This document shows positions 10,474-20,372 of a stretch of DNA of 64,000 bases, piece after piece. Each line of letters starts with the position of its first letter. Positions within the stretch are counted from its first letter, which is position 1. The notes beneath the pieces were generated by a model, which saw nothing but the letters and a program-made list of their open reading frames with translations, searched no databases and had not been told where the DNA came from. The position numbers and the translations under genes were made by a program. This DNA is from an uncultured delta proteobacterium. GTDB taxonomy: Bacteria > Myxococcota_A > Polyangia > Polyangiales > Polyangiaceae. Location of the stretch: positions 928,001 to 992,000 of the forward strand of contig CAVOKF010000005.1 of the NCBI GenBank assembly GCA_963696385.1, read 5' to 3'.

Positions 10474-11558
10474 GCGCCGAGCGGCGCGCTCTGACGCGCG
10501 CCGCCGAGATCGCGGGCGAACGTCTCGAGCGCCGCGATCGACGCCTCGCGCCCATCCCGACGCAGGGTGCGGGCCCGCTCGGCAAAGCGCCGCTCCTCCG
10601 CAAGAAACCGGCGGATCGCGCCTGCCGTGAACGATGAACGATCGATTCGCGCGCCGACCCCCAACCGCTCGACGGCGAGAGCGTTCATGCGCTGCTCGGG
10701 GGTGTTTTCGGGCGCTACCAGGATCGGTTTGCCCAGATGCATCGTCTCGCCGACCAGCTGGTTGCCGGCCGTGCTCAACACCGCGCGGCAGCTGGCGAGG
10801 TCGTCGAGGAACGCGGAGTCGCCCACGCGCTTATAGACCAGATTCGCGTCGGTGCCGCGGTGGCGCTTTCCGTAAATGATGACCGGCAGTCGAAGCGATC
10901 GGAGTTCCTCCATGACCCGGGCGGTGAGCTGGTGCTCGGACTGATTGAAGTAGACGAGCAGGTGATCGCCGGGGCGCGCGGTGGCACGGCGCACTTCGTC
11001 ACGCAGCAGGGGGCCCACGACACGGACGCCGGGTCCCGGCGATTCGGGATCGAAAAAGCTCGAAACGACGACGCGCTGGGGGCGTCCATTGAGCGCGCGG
11101 TACGCGAAGACGTCGCGAAACACCTGCACCGTATCGCGCCAGGCGACGGGGGGTCGGCACCAGGCCATGATGCCGAAGTGGTCGAACCCGATTCGCGGAA
11201 TCCCGAGCGCTGCGGCGGCGCGGTGCGTCCATGGGTCGGCGTCGCAAATCGCGACATCGGGCTTGAAGTCGCGAATCCGTCGGACGACGTTGCGGAAGGT
11301 CTCGCCGCCGAAGACGAGATCGGCAACCTTGCGGAAGTTGCGTTGGAACGTGAGCCGTACCGACCGCTCGCCACGCGCACCGTAGATGTAGCCGAGCGAC
11401 GGTATGCGCTCGACCGGGAATCGCGAACAAAGTGCGTCGTGGGCGTCTCCTCCGACCAGGATCAGAACGTCGTGCCGCTGCCGAATCTCCGAGAGGACCG
11501 CCTCGGCTCTCGTGGCGTGGCCGCGTCCGTAGCCGAAGATGCCGTAAACGATGCGCAT
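10458..11558 (-). CDS. GT-B glycosyltransferase (MJ1255/VC2487-like)
   Basis: YGIFGYGRGHATR, TAGNQLVGE, EQRMNA motifs. Confidence 0.88.
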   Translation of the reverse strand: MRIVYGIFGYGRGHATRAEAVLSEIRQRHDVLILVGGDAHDALCSRFPVERIPSLGYIYGARGERSVRLTFQRNFRKVADLVFGGETFRNVVRRIRDFKPDVAICDADPWTHRAAAALGIPRIGFDHFGIMAWCRPPVAWRDTVQVFRDVFAYRALNGRPQRVVVSSFFDPESPGPGVRVVGPLLRDEVRRATARPGDHLLVYFNQSEHQLTARVMEELRSLRLPVIIYGKRHRGTDANLVYKRVGDSAFLDDLASCRAVLSTAGNQLVGETMHLGKPILVAPENTPEQRMNALAVERLGVGARIDRSSFTAGAIRRFLAEERRFAERARTLRRDGREASIAALETFARDLGGARQSAPLGAWRPA

Positions 11559-11646
11559 GCCGCGCTCCTTTCGACCCGCAAGGCATCGAAGCCCATTTGA
11601 GTGTCAACCGCGTGACATTCGAACGGTTAATCGCGACGCGACCCGA

Positions 11647-12090
11647 TCAGTGGTTGCTGCGAATCGTCACGATGGGACGGCGCCCCGTTCGGACAACATG
11701 CTCGGCAACGCTTCCGAGCAAAGCTCGAGCGAGCCCGCGCCGGCCATGGGTCCCGATCACGACGAGATCCGCGTCGATCTCGTCGGCGACGGCGTTAATC
11801 TCCTCCCACGCCACCCCCTCGCGGAGCACACTATCGATGGGAATTCCTCGCCCAAGACGCTGGTCGACGGTCTTCTTCAGCGCATGCTGCGACGCGTCGG
11901 AGATGCGCGCCGCCATCTCCGGTGTTGCCACGATCGTGGCGTCCGGAAAGCCGGCGATCGGAATCTCGTACGAGTGCATGACGGTAATCGACGCGCCGAG
12001 TCGCTCGGCCAGCGTCATCGCCCACTCGAGCGCATGATCGGAGGTTTCTGTGAAGTCGGTCGGGACGAGGATTCGGCGGAGTTCGGCCAT
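11647..12090 (-). CDS. Universal stress protein
   Basis: RRILVPTDF...ADLVVIGTHGRRG...LGSVAEHVVR. Confidence 0.95.
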   Translation of the reverse strand: MAELRRILVPTDFTETSDHALEWAMTLAERLGASITVMHSYEIPIAGFPDATIVATPEMAARISDASQHALKKTVDQRLGRGIPIDSVLREGVAWEEINAVADEIDADLVVIGTHGRRGLARALLGSVAEHVVRTGRRPIVTIRSNH

Positions 12091-12146
12091 GCGGGTCCTC
12101 GCAGGGCTTCTACCACCTCGGCGCGTGCGCGCCGAAGCGGATCCAC

Positions 12147-13277
12147 CTATCCATCGGGATTGAGCCACCGCTCGGCCTCGGGCAAGCCGGCGGATGCGTT
12201 CTGCAGGGCTTCGAGCCATTGCGCGAGTGGAGCGGCCGGCCAGGCCGAAGCGGACTGGTTGAGCGATCGTCGCGCGACAGCCGCTCCGAGCGCGCGGGCG
12301 AAGGTCCGATCGGTTGCCGACCGCGTCGGCGCAGTCGCTTCGGCGGGTATCGGATCGGTCGGCGGACCGCCGCCCATCACTCGCGCGAGTGCGCGCTCCG
12401 CGAGGATGTCGAGGATCGCGGTCGCGGGCGGAAGCGATTGGAGGCTCAAGAGTTCGCGAGTGGCTCGCCCGAGCGCCGCGTCGACGTCGGCGGGCGGGCC
12501 TCGATCGAGGGCGCGCAGGCCGAGGGTTCGACCCGCAGGCTCGCCAATCAGGGCGAGCACGGCCTCGTTCCAGGCGAAAGCGGGTGCCTTGCGGCCGCAG
12601 GTGGCCAGATCGGTCAGGGGCGATCGCGTCAGTAGCGAGCCAATCGTCGCTGCCCAGATGGCCCGGTCGACGGCGATGGGAGCGAGATCGACAAGCGCGG
12701 GTCGCGTGCGAAGAACCGTGACCCGTCGCAGGGCGGGCCAGGCCTGGACCCGAGCCGGAGGGTCGCGCCCCAAAAAGCGACGGGTCTCCGACCACCAGGA
12801 GACTTGGGTGTCGGTGCGCCGAACATCCAGAACGCGGGCGAACCAACTGTGGCGGGACAAAGCCTGCTTGGCGTTGGCCGGGACGGGTACGCTTTCCAGG
12901 ACCGCGATGGCGCTCTTCAGAATCCGTCGCGCGGCGCCTCGCCGAAGCAGCGTCGAAAAGCCCGGGTTCGCGGAATGCAAGAGGTCGTGAAGCGCAGCGG
13001 CGAGGAGCCAGTCGGCGGCAGCCAGATCGGGCACGGTGTCGACGGGCGCGAGACTGCGTGCGCGACGCACGCGAGCCAGGGTGACTTCACGGACGAGAAG
13101 CCCATCGCTTACGAGCCGCGCGTCGCGCAGGGCGCCGGCGGCGCGCGGTCCGATCGCAGCCGAGGGTACGACCTCGCCGCCCAGCACGAGCGGGGCAACG
13201 ACTGCGGAGAACAATCGGTCGGCGAGGGCTGATGCAGGCACGTCGCGCCGGTCAGGATCGGGGGGAACGACCGCCAC
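12147..13277 (-). CDS. Hypothetical protein (possibly FtsH-ternary-system X6-like); start uncertain
   Basis: Long helical ORF co-oriented with and overlapping the upstream gene; block RTDTQVSWWS...PPARVQAWPALRRV. The family link is recollection only. Confidence 0.6.
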   Translation of the reverse strand: MAVVPPDPDRRDVPASALADRLFSAVVAPLVLGGEVVPSAAIGPRAAGALRDARLVSDGLLVREVTLARVRRARSLAPVDTVPDLAAADWLLAAALHDLLHSANPGFSTLLRRGAARRILKSAIAVLESVPVPANAKQALSRHSWFARVLDVRRTDTQVSWWSETRRFLGRDPPARVQAWPALRRVTVLRTRPALVDLAPIAVDRAIWAATIGSLLTRSPLTDLATCGRKAPAFAWNEAVLALIGEPAGRTLGLRALDRGPPADVDAALGRATRELLSLQSLPPATAILDILAERALARVMGGGPPTDPIPAEATAPTRSATDRTFARALGAAVARRSLNQSASAWPAAPLAQWLEALQNASAGLPEAERWLNPDG

Positions 13278-14748
13278 CGTGGAACCTCGGGAGCCCGATC
13301 GACTCGACACGCAGATCGATGGGGCGATCATCGAGCGATTCGATCTCCTCCGCGGCGAGAGGCTGCCAGGGAGGCGCCTGGATCAGGGCCGCTTCCAGCG
13401 AAGCGAACGCCGCTCGTTCAAGCGTCACGGCACGTCCGTCGTGGCACAGGAACAAGACTTGCGACGGCGAAATATTCAACGCACGCGCCAGGACGTCGGC
13501 GGCGACGTCGGGGACCGACTCGTACCCAGCCGGCACGTAGATGTGCGGATGGACCTCGCTGAAAAATGTGCCGATGGGCAATCCCTCGATGCCGGCGCTC
13601 GACCGAACAATGGCCCCCTCTCGAGTGAGTGCGATCTGCATGCGTTCGAGGGTCGATCGGGGCAGCGCATACGCCACCTGGCGCAGAATGCCGAGCTGCT
13701 CGGGGGCGATCCATGTCGCGGTCACGCTGCGCCAAGGCCGTGTCGATGGGGCAAGCCGTAGGCGGACCCGCACTTCGTTGGGGGTGGCGTCGAGCGGTAT
13801 CGTTTGCGAGCCGTGTGCGGCGCCCCCGAGCTCGATTCGCGCAAGAGCGAGGACGTCCCCCATCGGGGGCAAGCGCTCGATGACCCATGGGTCGTCGCCC
13901 CGGCCGCGCCATAAAACCAGTCCCGCGGCGTCGAAGAGTGGGCAAGCCTTCAACTGGACCGGGTGGCGGAAGCCGACTTCGACCGCGACGCCGGGCGCGA
14001 CCGGCACGAAAGAAGTGACGCCAGGGGTCGAGTTGAGCAGCGATTGCATACGATGGGGAGGGGCGGGTACCCGTAGGACGAAACGGCGTCTCGACTCCTC
14101 GTCCAAGGCGCTTCGGGGTGGCCACTCCACGATGCAGACTTCTGCCCGCACGTCGGAGCGGACGAAGTAGTGGACGATCGCGGGGCCGAGTCCGGGTTCC
14201 GCGATCACGATTCGAGGACCGGGTTCGAGCCGCGTCGACGCGTCGGCACGGGGGAAGACCCGCAGCAGCACCGAACGCAGGTCGACAAGCTTATCCCGAT
14301 CGTACGTTTGGCAGAAGCGGTCGTGATAGAGCGCTAGCGCCGCGTCCGATCCGGACAGCTGGGGTGCGTCGTACCCGAAAGGGCCTGCCGCGTCGCGGTA
14401 CTGAACGAAGTGGCGCGTGGTTCCCGTGAACGTCAGACCGCCGACCAGCCGCCCGGTTTCGGCAATTCGGTCCATTCGCTCGGTTGATTCGGCCGCGAAT
14501 TCGAGGACAATCTCACGCTGACCGATCGCCGACCGGGCGACGTAGAGATCGAGGCTCGGCAGCAGGTCTTCGAGCGACCGATCGCGCGTGTAGACCGCAA
14601 GCAGCGCCACGAGCCGATCGATCGACGGCAGCAACACGAGACCCTTCGCGCCGAGCGCGACGCCCTTCGAGTCGAGGCTCAGCCCCGGCGTGTGAAGGCG
14701 CGGCTGGTAGAGAGCGATGCGTTCGAGCACGGACAGCGGTTGTCCCAC
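13252..14748 (-). CDS. Hypothetical protein (possibly FtsH-ternary-system X7-like)
   Basis: 498-aa ORF with protein-like composition directly after rsmE; HFVQYRDAAGPFGYD block. The family link is recollection only. Confidence 0.7.
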   Translation of the reverse strand: MGQPLSVLERIALYQPRLHTPGLSLDSKGVALGAKGLVLLPSIDRLVALLAVYTRDRSLEDLLPSLDLYVARSAIGQREIVLEFAAESTERMDRIAETGRLVGGLTFTGTTRHFVQYRDAAGPFGYDAPQLSGSDAALALYHDRFCQTYDRDKLVDLRSVLLRVFPRADASTRLEPGPRIVIAEPGLGPAIVHYFVRSDVRAEVCIVEWPPRSALDEESRRRFVLRVPAPPHRMQSLLNSTPGVTSFVPVAPGVAVEVGFRHPVQLKACPLFDAAGLVLWRGRGDDPWVIERLPPMGDVLALARIELGGAAHGSQTIPLDATPNEVRVRLRLAPSTRPWRSVTATWIAPEQLGILRQVAYALPRSTLERMQIALTREGAIVRSSAGIEGLPIGTFFSEVHPHIYVPAGYESVPDVAADVLARALNISPSQVLFLCHDGRAVTLERAAFASLEAALIQAPPWQPLAAEEIESLDDRPIDLRVESIGLPRFHGGGRSPRS

Positions 14749-14801
14749 TCAGCATAGCCGACCGCACAGACCTCGACGTTTGCCGCCTTCGGCCGGGGCC
14801 G

Positions 14802-15554
14802 TTACTCGGTCGCGTCTTCGAACCAGCGCGACCAGATCTCGACGGCGCCGAGAACCGCCGCCGCGACCGTTTCGGTGCGCAGAAGACGCGGGCCGAGCGA
14901 GACCGCGCGCCACCCATGTGCGAGGGCGAGTTCGACCTCGGCCTCGTCGAGGCCGCCTTCCGGTCCGCACGCGAAGGCGAGGTCCGCGCCGCGCGCGAGG
15001 CTTTCGAAGAGGGGGTGGGCAAGTGGAACGGTCGCGCCCTCCCAAAGGCAAAAACGTGCTTGTGCGGCATCGGCCCGCTCGATCGCCTCGCTCCAGCCCG
15101 CGGGGGATTCGATGAGCGGTGCATCGCTGCGCCCGCATTGCCGCGCAGCCTGTTGGGCGATGCGCGCCCAGCGGGCCGTACGCGATGCGGCGCGCGCGGC
15201 ATCGAGTCGTACGACGCTGCGCTCGGCAGCGGCGACGACGACATGCGTGGCCCCGAGCTCGGTCGCATCCCGCACGATGGCGTCGCATTTGTCCCCCTTG
15301 GCGATGGCCTGGACCCAGGTGAGACCCCGACGGACGATCGCGGCCCCTTGCCGCAGCTCGGCGATGCGAACGACCACCGAACCGCGTTCGACCCGGACTG
15401 TCCGCGCATCGCCTTCGCGGCCGGTTTTGGGGTCGAATGCGATGAAGGCGTCGCCGGCGCGCAATCGGAGGACCCGCGCGAGATAGTGCCCGACGGCTCC
15501 CTGGAGGCAACGTTCTCCCGGGGACAGCCCGACGATGGGAATGCGTCGATCCAT
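14802..15554 (-). CDS. rsmE: 16S rRNA m3U1498 methyltransferase
   Basis: HYLARVLRL, KGDK...ATELG, QAARQCGR, GPEGG, LGPRLLRTET; TAATG overlap with the prmA stop. Confidence 0.95.
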   Translation of the reverse strand: MDRRIPIVGLSPGERCLQGAVGHYLARVLRLRAGDAFIAFDPKTGREGDARTVRVERGSVVVRIAELRQGAAIVRRGLTWVQAIAKGDKCDAIVRDATELGATHVVVAAAERSVVRLDAARAASRTARWARIAQQAARQCGRSDAPLIESPAGWSEAIERADAAQARFCLWEGATVPLAHPLFESLARGADLAFACGPEGGLDEAEVELALAHGWRAVSLGPRLLRTETVAAAVLGAVEIWSRWFEDATE

Positions 15555-16432
15555 TACGAGCGCAGCACCGCGGCGATCCATTCGCCCTTCTGCGCGACCC
15601 GTTCCACGTGCAGATCGGGGTACGCGCGCCGGACGCCCTCCCATTGTGTCTGTGCGACGTCGGTTCCCAGAATGCCGCTCAGAACGAGGGTGCCGCCTCT
15701 CGTCAGTCGACTCGCAATCGGCGCCGCGAGGGCGATCAGCGTGGTGGCTTCGATGTTCGCCAGGACGATCGCGTAATGCTCCCGGAGCGCGTCGACCGGC
15801 GTGGAGTCGGCCAGAACACGGCCCGCCACGCCATTGCGATCCGCATTGTCGCGTGTGACGGCCACCGCCTCCGGATCCACGTCGATGGCGCGGACTGCGG
15901 CCGCCCCGAGCGCAACGGCGGCGACAGCCAAGATGCCGCTGCCGCAGCCGACGTCGAGGACCTGCGACCCGCGGACCCCCGCCCTTCGATCGGCGAGGGC
16001 TTCGGCAACGAGCCGGGTGGTCTCGTGAAGCCCCGTGCCGAACGCCCGGCCAGGTTCGAGGGTGATGACGCGTTCGTCCGCGACCGGAGAATACGTCCGC
16101 CATGGGGGGCGGACGACGACGCCTTCGCAGAGAAGAAACGGTTCAAAGTGCTTTTTCCATTCGTCACGCCAACCGTCGCCTACGACGTAGTCAATGCGCG
16201 GGGACCATTCGCGCGGCAGTGACGCCAAGGCGCATCGTGCCTGGTGCTCGGCTGGGAATGCGGCCGCGAGGATCACCTTGTCCCCTGCCGGCCGCACGAT
16301 CGTCGCTGCGTCGCGCTGCTCCACGCCAACCGCGCCCAGATCGAAGAGCAGCGCGCCGGCCTCATCGGCCTCGGATTCCGCGAGCTCGACCACGACGTAC
16401 GGGTAACGGGGCTGGTTCGCCGGCAAGATCAT
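15554..16432 (-). CDS. prmA: Ribosomal protein L11 methyltransferase
   Basis: EPGRAFGTGLHETT, LDVGCGSGIL, ANI, LSGIL. Confidence 0.95.
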   Translation of the reverse strand: MILPANQPRYPYVVVELAESEADEAGALLFDLGAVGVEQRDAATIVRPAGDKVILAAAFPAEHQARCALASLPREWSPRIDYVVGDGWRDEWKKHFEPFLLCEGVVVRPPWRTYSPVADERVITLEPGRAFGTGLHETTRLVAEALADRRAGVRGSQVLDVGCGSGILAVAAVALGAAAVRAIDVDPEAVAVTRDNADRNGVAGRVLADSTPVDALREHYAIVLANIEATTLIALAAPIASRLTRGGTLVLSGILGTDVAQTQWEGVRRAYPDLHVERVAQKGEWIAAVLRS

Positions 16433-16448
16433 CGGGGCTCAAGGGGGG

Positions 16449-17156
16449 CTAGCCAGGAAAATACCGCTCGCGAGCTTTTACGCTCGTGAGCTTGGTACGA
16501 ACCTTTCTTCCGCGCGGCACAGGCTCGCCTGCGTCGAGGACGATCGCGGTCAAACGGCCTCCGTAGACGCAGCCCGTGTCGATGCCCGTGGCCCAGTCGT
16601 GGAGCTGCGGCTCGGTGAGTGCGTTGTGCCCGAAGACGACATGAGGGGGCCCGACGTAGAGTTCGCCCCAAAGGGGCGACGCGTTCTTGTCGTCGGTCCA
16701 GCGCCCGTTCGCCTCGGCGGAGCGGATGCGCAAAAGCGCGTCTCTCGGCGTGCTCGAGATCTTGCGGCCGGGCACGACGCCCGCGTGGACGATGCGCGCA
16801 CCGTGCTCGGGGACGTCGAGCCAGAGGGGCATGGCCTCGAGAATGCGCCATTCGGCTTCCGACAGCGTCGCTGCGAGCCTCTGGTGCTCGCCCTTCAAAT
16901 CCGCGACGCCGTTGCGAGCGGAGAGAATCTTGTCTTCGTGGTTGCCGCGCACGACCGTTGCCCCCAACCGTTCGATCGCGGCCAGTACACCATGGGAGTC
17001 CGGGCCGCGCGCGATGACGTCGCCCACGAAGATCAGCCGGTCGGACCCTTGGGCGAACCGCACCGCCGTCAACAGACTCTCGAGCTCGGCGCGGCATCCA
17101 TGAACATCGCCGACGACAATCGTCCGAACGGTGGAACCCGATTCAAACGACGCCAT
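16449..17156 (-). CDS. Calcineurin-like metallophosphoesterase (ApaH/PrpE-like)
   Basis: GDVHG, GDVIARG, GNHE, HAG, FGH, IDTGC. Confidence 0.92.
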   Translation of the reverse strand: MASFESGSTVRTIVVGDVHGCRAELESLLTAVRFAQGSDRLIFVGDVIARGPDSHGVLAAIERLGATVVRGNHEDKILSARNGVADLKGEHQRLAATLSEAEWRILEAMPLWLDVPEHGARIVHAGVVPGRKISSTPRDALLRIRSAEANGRWTDDKNASPLWGELYVGPPHVVFGHNALTEPQLHDWATGIDTGCVYGGRLTAIVLDAGEPVPRGRKVRTKLTSVKARERYFPG

Positions 17157-18423
17157 CGAGCTTCGCGCGCTTCGGGATGACGACTGTCCCCCGTTCCGTG
17201 ACGAAGAAGCGCTGTCTGTCGGCTTCGCGGTCGAAGCCGATGACAGTCCCGGGCGGGATTTCGACGTCCTTGTCGATGATGGCGCGACGAATCTTGGCGT
17301 GGCGGCCCACCCGGACGCGCTCGAACAGCACGCTCTCCTCGACCTCGCTGAACGAGTTGACGCGGCAACCGACCCCCAGCACGCTGCGATGGATGCGACC
17401 GCCCGAGATGATGCACCCGTGGCTTACCATCGAGTCGGTTGCGATGCCGACGCGGGCCTGCGCCTCGTCGCGGAAGACGAACTTCGCCGGCGGGTCGTGC
17501 GTCGCGCCGGTTCGCAGAGGCCACCTGAAGTTGTAGAGGTTGAACTGCGGGTGGATCTCGATGAGGTCCATCTGCGCCTCCCAGTAAGCGTCGATGGTTC
17601 CGATATCGCGCCAGTATCCGAGGTTGGGTCCGTCTTCGCCGGGGACGACGTTCGTCGCGAAGTCGTACGCGTAAACGGCCGCACCTTTCGCGACGAGACG
17701 CGGCAGAATGTCGTGACCGAAGTCGTGCCGACTCTCTTCGAGGTTCTCGTCTTCCTGAAGCTCGCGCAGCAGCACCTCAGGGCCGAAGATGTAGTTGCCC
17801 ATCGACGCGAGGCACCGGCTCGGATCGCCCGGCATGGGCGGCGGTTCGGCAACTTTCTCATGGAAGGCTACGATGCGCCCCCCGGCGTCGACTTCGAGGA
17901 TACCCAGGTCGCCGGCCTCGTGGCGAGGCACGGGAATCGCGGCGACAGTCGCGTCGGCGCGGGCGTCCTGGTGAAACGCGACCATCTGGCGGACGTCCAT
18001 CTTGTAGACGTGGTCGCCGCCGAAGATGCATACGAGCTCCGGACGTTCGTCGTTGATGACGTGCTGGCACTGCCACACGGCGTCGGCCGATCCGCGATAC
18101 CACGTCTTGCCCGTCCGCTGCTGGGCCGGGATCGCCTCGATGAACTGATCGAGGATCGGGGCGAGTCGCCAGTTTCGAGCGATGTGCTCTTCCAGCGAGG
18201 CGCTCTTGTATTGTGTGAGCACCTTAATTTTGCCGAGCCCCGAGTTGACGAAGTTCGACAGGACGATGTCGATGATTCGATAACGTCCTGCGAACGGGAC
18301 CGCGGGTTTGGCCCGGTCCGCGGTGAGGGGTGCGAGACGCTTGCCTTCGCCTCCCGCAAGAACCATGACCAGCACCTGACTCTGGTCGAAACCGAGCGAG
18401 TGACGTTCCGCGGGTCCGGACAT
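17143..18423 (-). CDS. glgC: Glucose-1-phosphate adenylyltransferase
   Basis: LAGGEGKRL, RAKPAVPF, GDHVYKMD, FHEK, SMGNY, YWRDIGT. Confidence 0.97.
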   Translation of the reverse strand: MSGPAERHSLGFDQSQVLVMVLAGGEGKRLAPLTADRAKPAVPFAGRYRIIDIVLSNFVNSGLGKIKVLTQYKSASLEEHIARNWRLAPILDQFIEAIPAQQRTGKTWYRGSADAVWQCQHVINDERPELVCIFGGDHVYKMDVRQMVAFHQDARADATVAAIPVPRHEAGDLGILEVDAGGRIVAFHEKVAEPPPMPGDPSRCLASMGNYIFGPEVLLRELQEDENLEESRHDFGHDILPRLVAKGAAVYAYDFATNVVPGEDGPNLGYWRDIGTIDAYWEAQMDLIEIHPQFNLYNFRWPLRTGATHDPPAKFVFRDEAQARVGIATDSMVSHGCIISGGRIHRSVLGVGCRVNSFSEVEESVLFERVRVGRHAKIRRAIIDKDVEIPPGTVIGFDREADRQRFFVTERGTVVIPKRAKLDGVV

Positions 18424-18490
18424 CGGCGTGGCATCCTAGCGCGCGATCGCCGATGCGCGATCGCGTTTCGCCTTCATGGGTCGATCGTTT

Positions 18491-20222
18491 CTACGATGCG
18501 CTTGCCTCGAGGGCATGGAAGAGCGGGCCGAGATCCGGGCGCGCGCGAAGCGGCTCGCAAAAGCGGGTGGCCAGTTGCAACAAACGGCGCTCGTGGCGCT
18601 CGGATCGGGCATTCAGATCGACGAGCCGCGCCTGGGCGGCAGCCCGGCCGCGGTCGATGCCCTGCTCGTGGTTCGCGAGAGCCGTGCGCAGCTCGGCGAG
18701 CTGATACTCGAGGTCCTTTACGGTCCGTTCTCTGTCGTCGGCGGCCTCCAGGCCCGCGCGTTCCCGTGCGCGTGCGTCGAACCACCGAATCGACGGCCTC
18801 CGCGCAGGCCCGATGGGCCTGCGCGAGCTGGCGATAGGGCTCCTTTTGCGCAGACCGTCCCTCCCACGTCAGGAGCTCGCGGTGGGCGTCGGCGAACGCT
18901 TGTTGAGCACGCGCTGATTCCGCGGCCAGTCGCTCGACATCCGTTCGCGTCGAGCGAACGCCGTCCTTCGCTCGCGACGCGTCCAGCCCGAGCGCATCGA
19001 CCGCGAAACCGAGGCGCTGCCGGCCTTCGCGTCCCCGGGCGTCGATCTCCTCGAGAATCCGCTGCTCATCCGCGCACGCGGTTCTGGTCTCGTCGACTTC
19101 GTCGACGAGGCGCCGCAGCTCCGACAGCGTCCGCTCCGGGTCGCTCGGGGGCCGGCCACCGTAAGCTCTCGCAATCATTTGATCGAAGACGCCGACCCGG
19201 CGCCGCCATTGCTCGAGGGCAATCGCCGGACGGGTCCGCGCTGGCCCGGGCGACGAGCTTTGGGGATCGGCCTCCGGTTCGGGCGGTACCCGCGCGCCGA
19301 GGGAGCGTGCTAAGCTTACCAGGTCGCGCTCGATGCGGTGGGCGTCGACCGGTCGCAAACGAGGGTCCTTTTCGAGCAGCTGCAGGATGAGCGCGTCCAC
19401 CGGCTCCGGCACGCGGCGGTTGATGGATCGCGGGGATGGCGCGGGCTCTTTCATGTGCTTGATGAGAAAGCTGGCCGGATCGCTGGCCTCGAACGGAAGC
19501 CGCGCGGTCGCCATCTCGAAGAAGATGACTCCGACCGCGTAAAGGTCCACGCTCGGACCGGTTTCGCCACCCATCACGCGTTCGGGCGCCATGTACTGGG
19601 GGGTTCCGAATAGCTCTCCCGCATGGGTCAGACGCGTGTCGGATCGAGAGCGCGCGATTCCGAAGTCGAGAATCTTGACGAGGTCCGTACCGTCTTCGCG
19701 GCCACAAATGAAGATGTTGTCCGGTTTCAGATCGCGGTGGACGACTCCGAGGTCGTGCGCCCTCGCGATGCCACGCGCGATTTGGATCATGATGGGAATC
19801 GCACGGGCGGGCGCCACGGGCTCTTCGTCGATGAGCGCGGACAGGGTTTGGCCCTCGAGCAGCTCCATGATGATGTACGGCGTGCCATCGGAGGTTTCGC
19901 CCTGGTCGAAAATTTCGATGACGTTCGGATGCGCGAGCGACTGGGCGCTCTTCGCCTCGCGCCGGAACCGCTCGCGCACGTTGGGATCCGAAGCGAGCGC
20001 GGGCTTCATGACTTTGATGGCGCACGGGCGATCGACGAGCTTGTACCGGGCGCGATAAACCGTGGCCATCCCACCCTCGCCGAGGAGATCCTCGACGACG
20101 TACTGGCCCGCAATCGTCGTTCCGAGGAACGGGTCGCGAATGTCGACCAGTTGCGCGCCGTCGACGAAGCAGTAGACGGTGTCGGGCGGGTAGCGGATCT
20201 GGCAGTGCGGGCAGGCCTTCAT
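18491..20222 (-). CDS. Ser/Thr protein kinase with N-terminal Zn-ribbon and C-terminal coiled coil; one-base frameshift near 18787
   Basis: [36 protein letters not shown]. After AVDS the track frame becomes Arg/Pro-rich; the shifted frame reads WFDARARERAGLEAADDRERTVKDLEYQLAELR...LEASAS* (TAG at 18491-18493). Confidence 0.88.
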
Positions 20223-20372
20223 CGCGCGGCGCGGTCGAACGCGGCTCGCCACGAGCCCATCCCATCGGCCGCATTTGTGCAAGGGACTGTGCGCCGTCCC
20301 ACCCACGAATTGTGCCGGAGGCTGCCACATGGGAGACTCGCCCGAGTCGGCATCCACGGCGTAGGAGCATGC

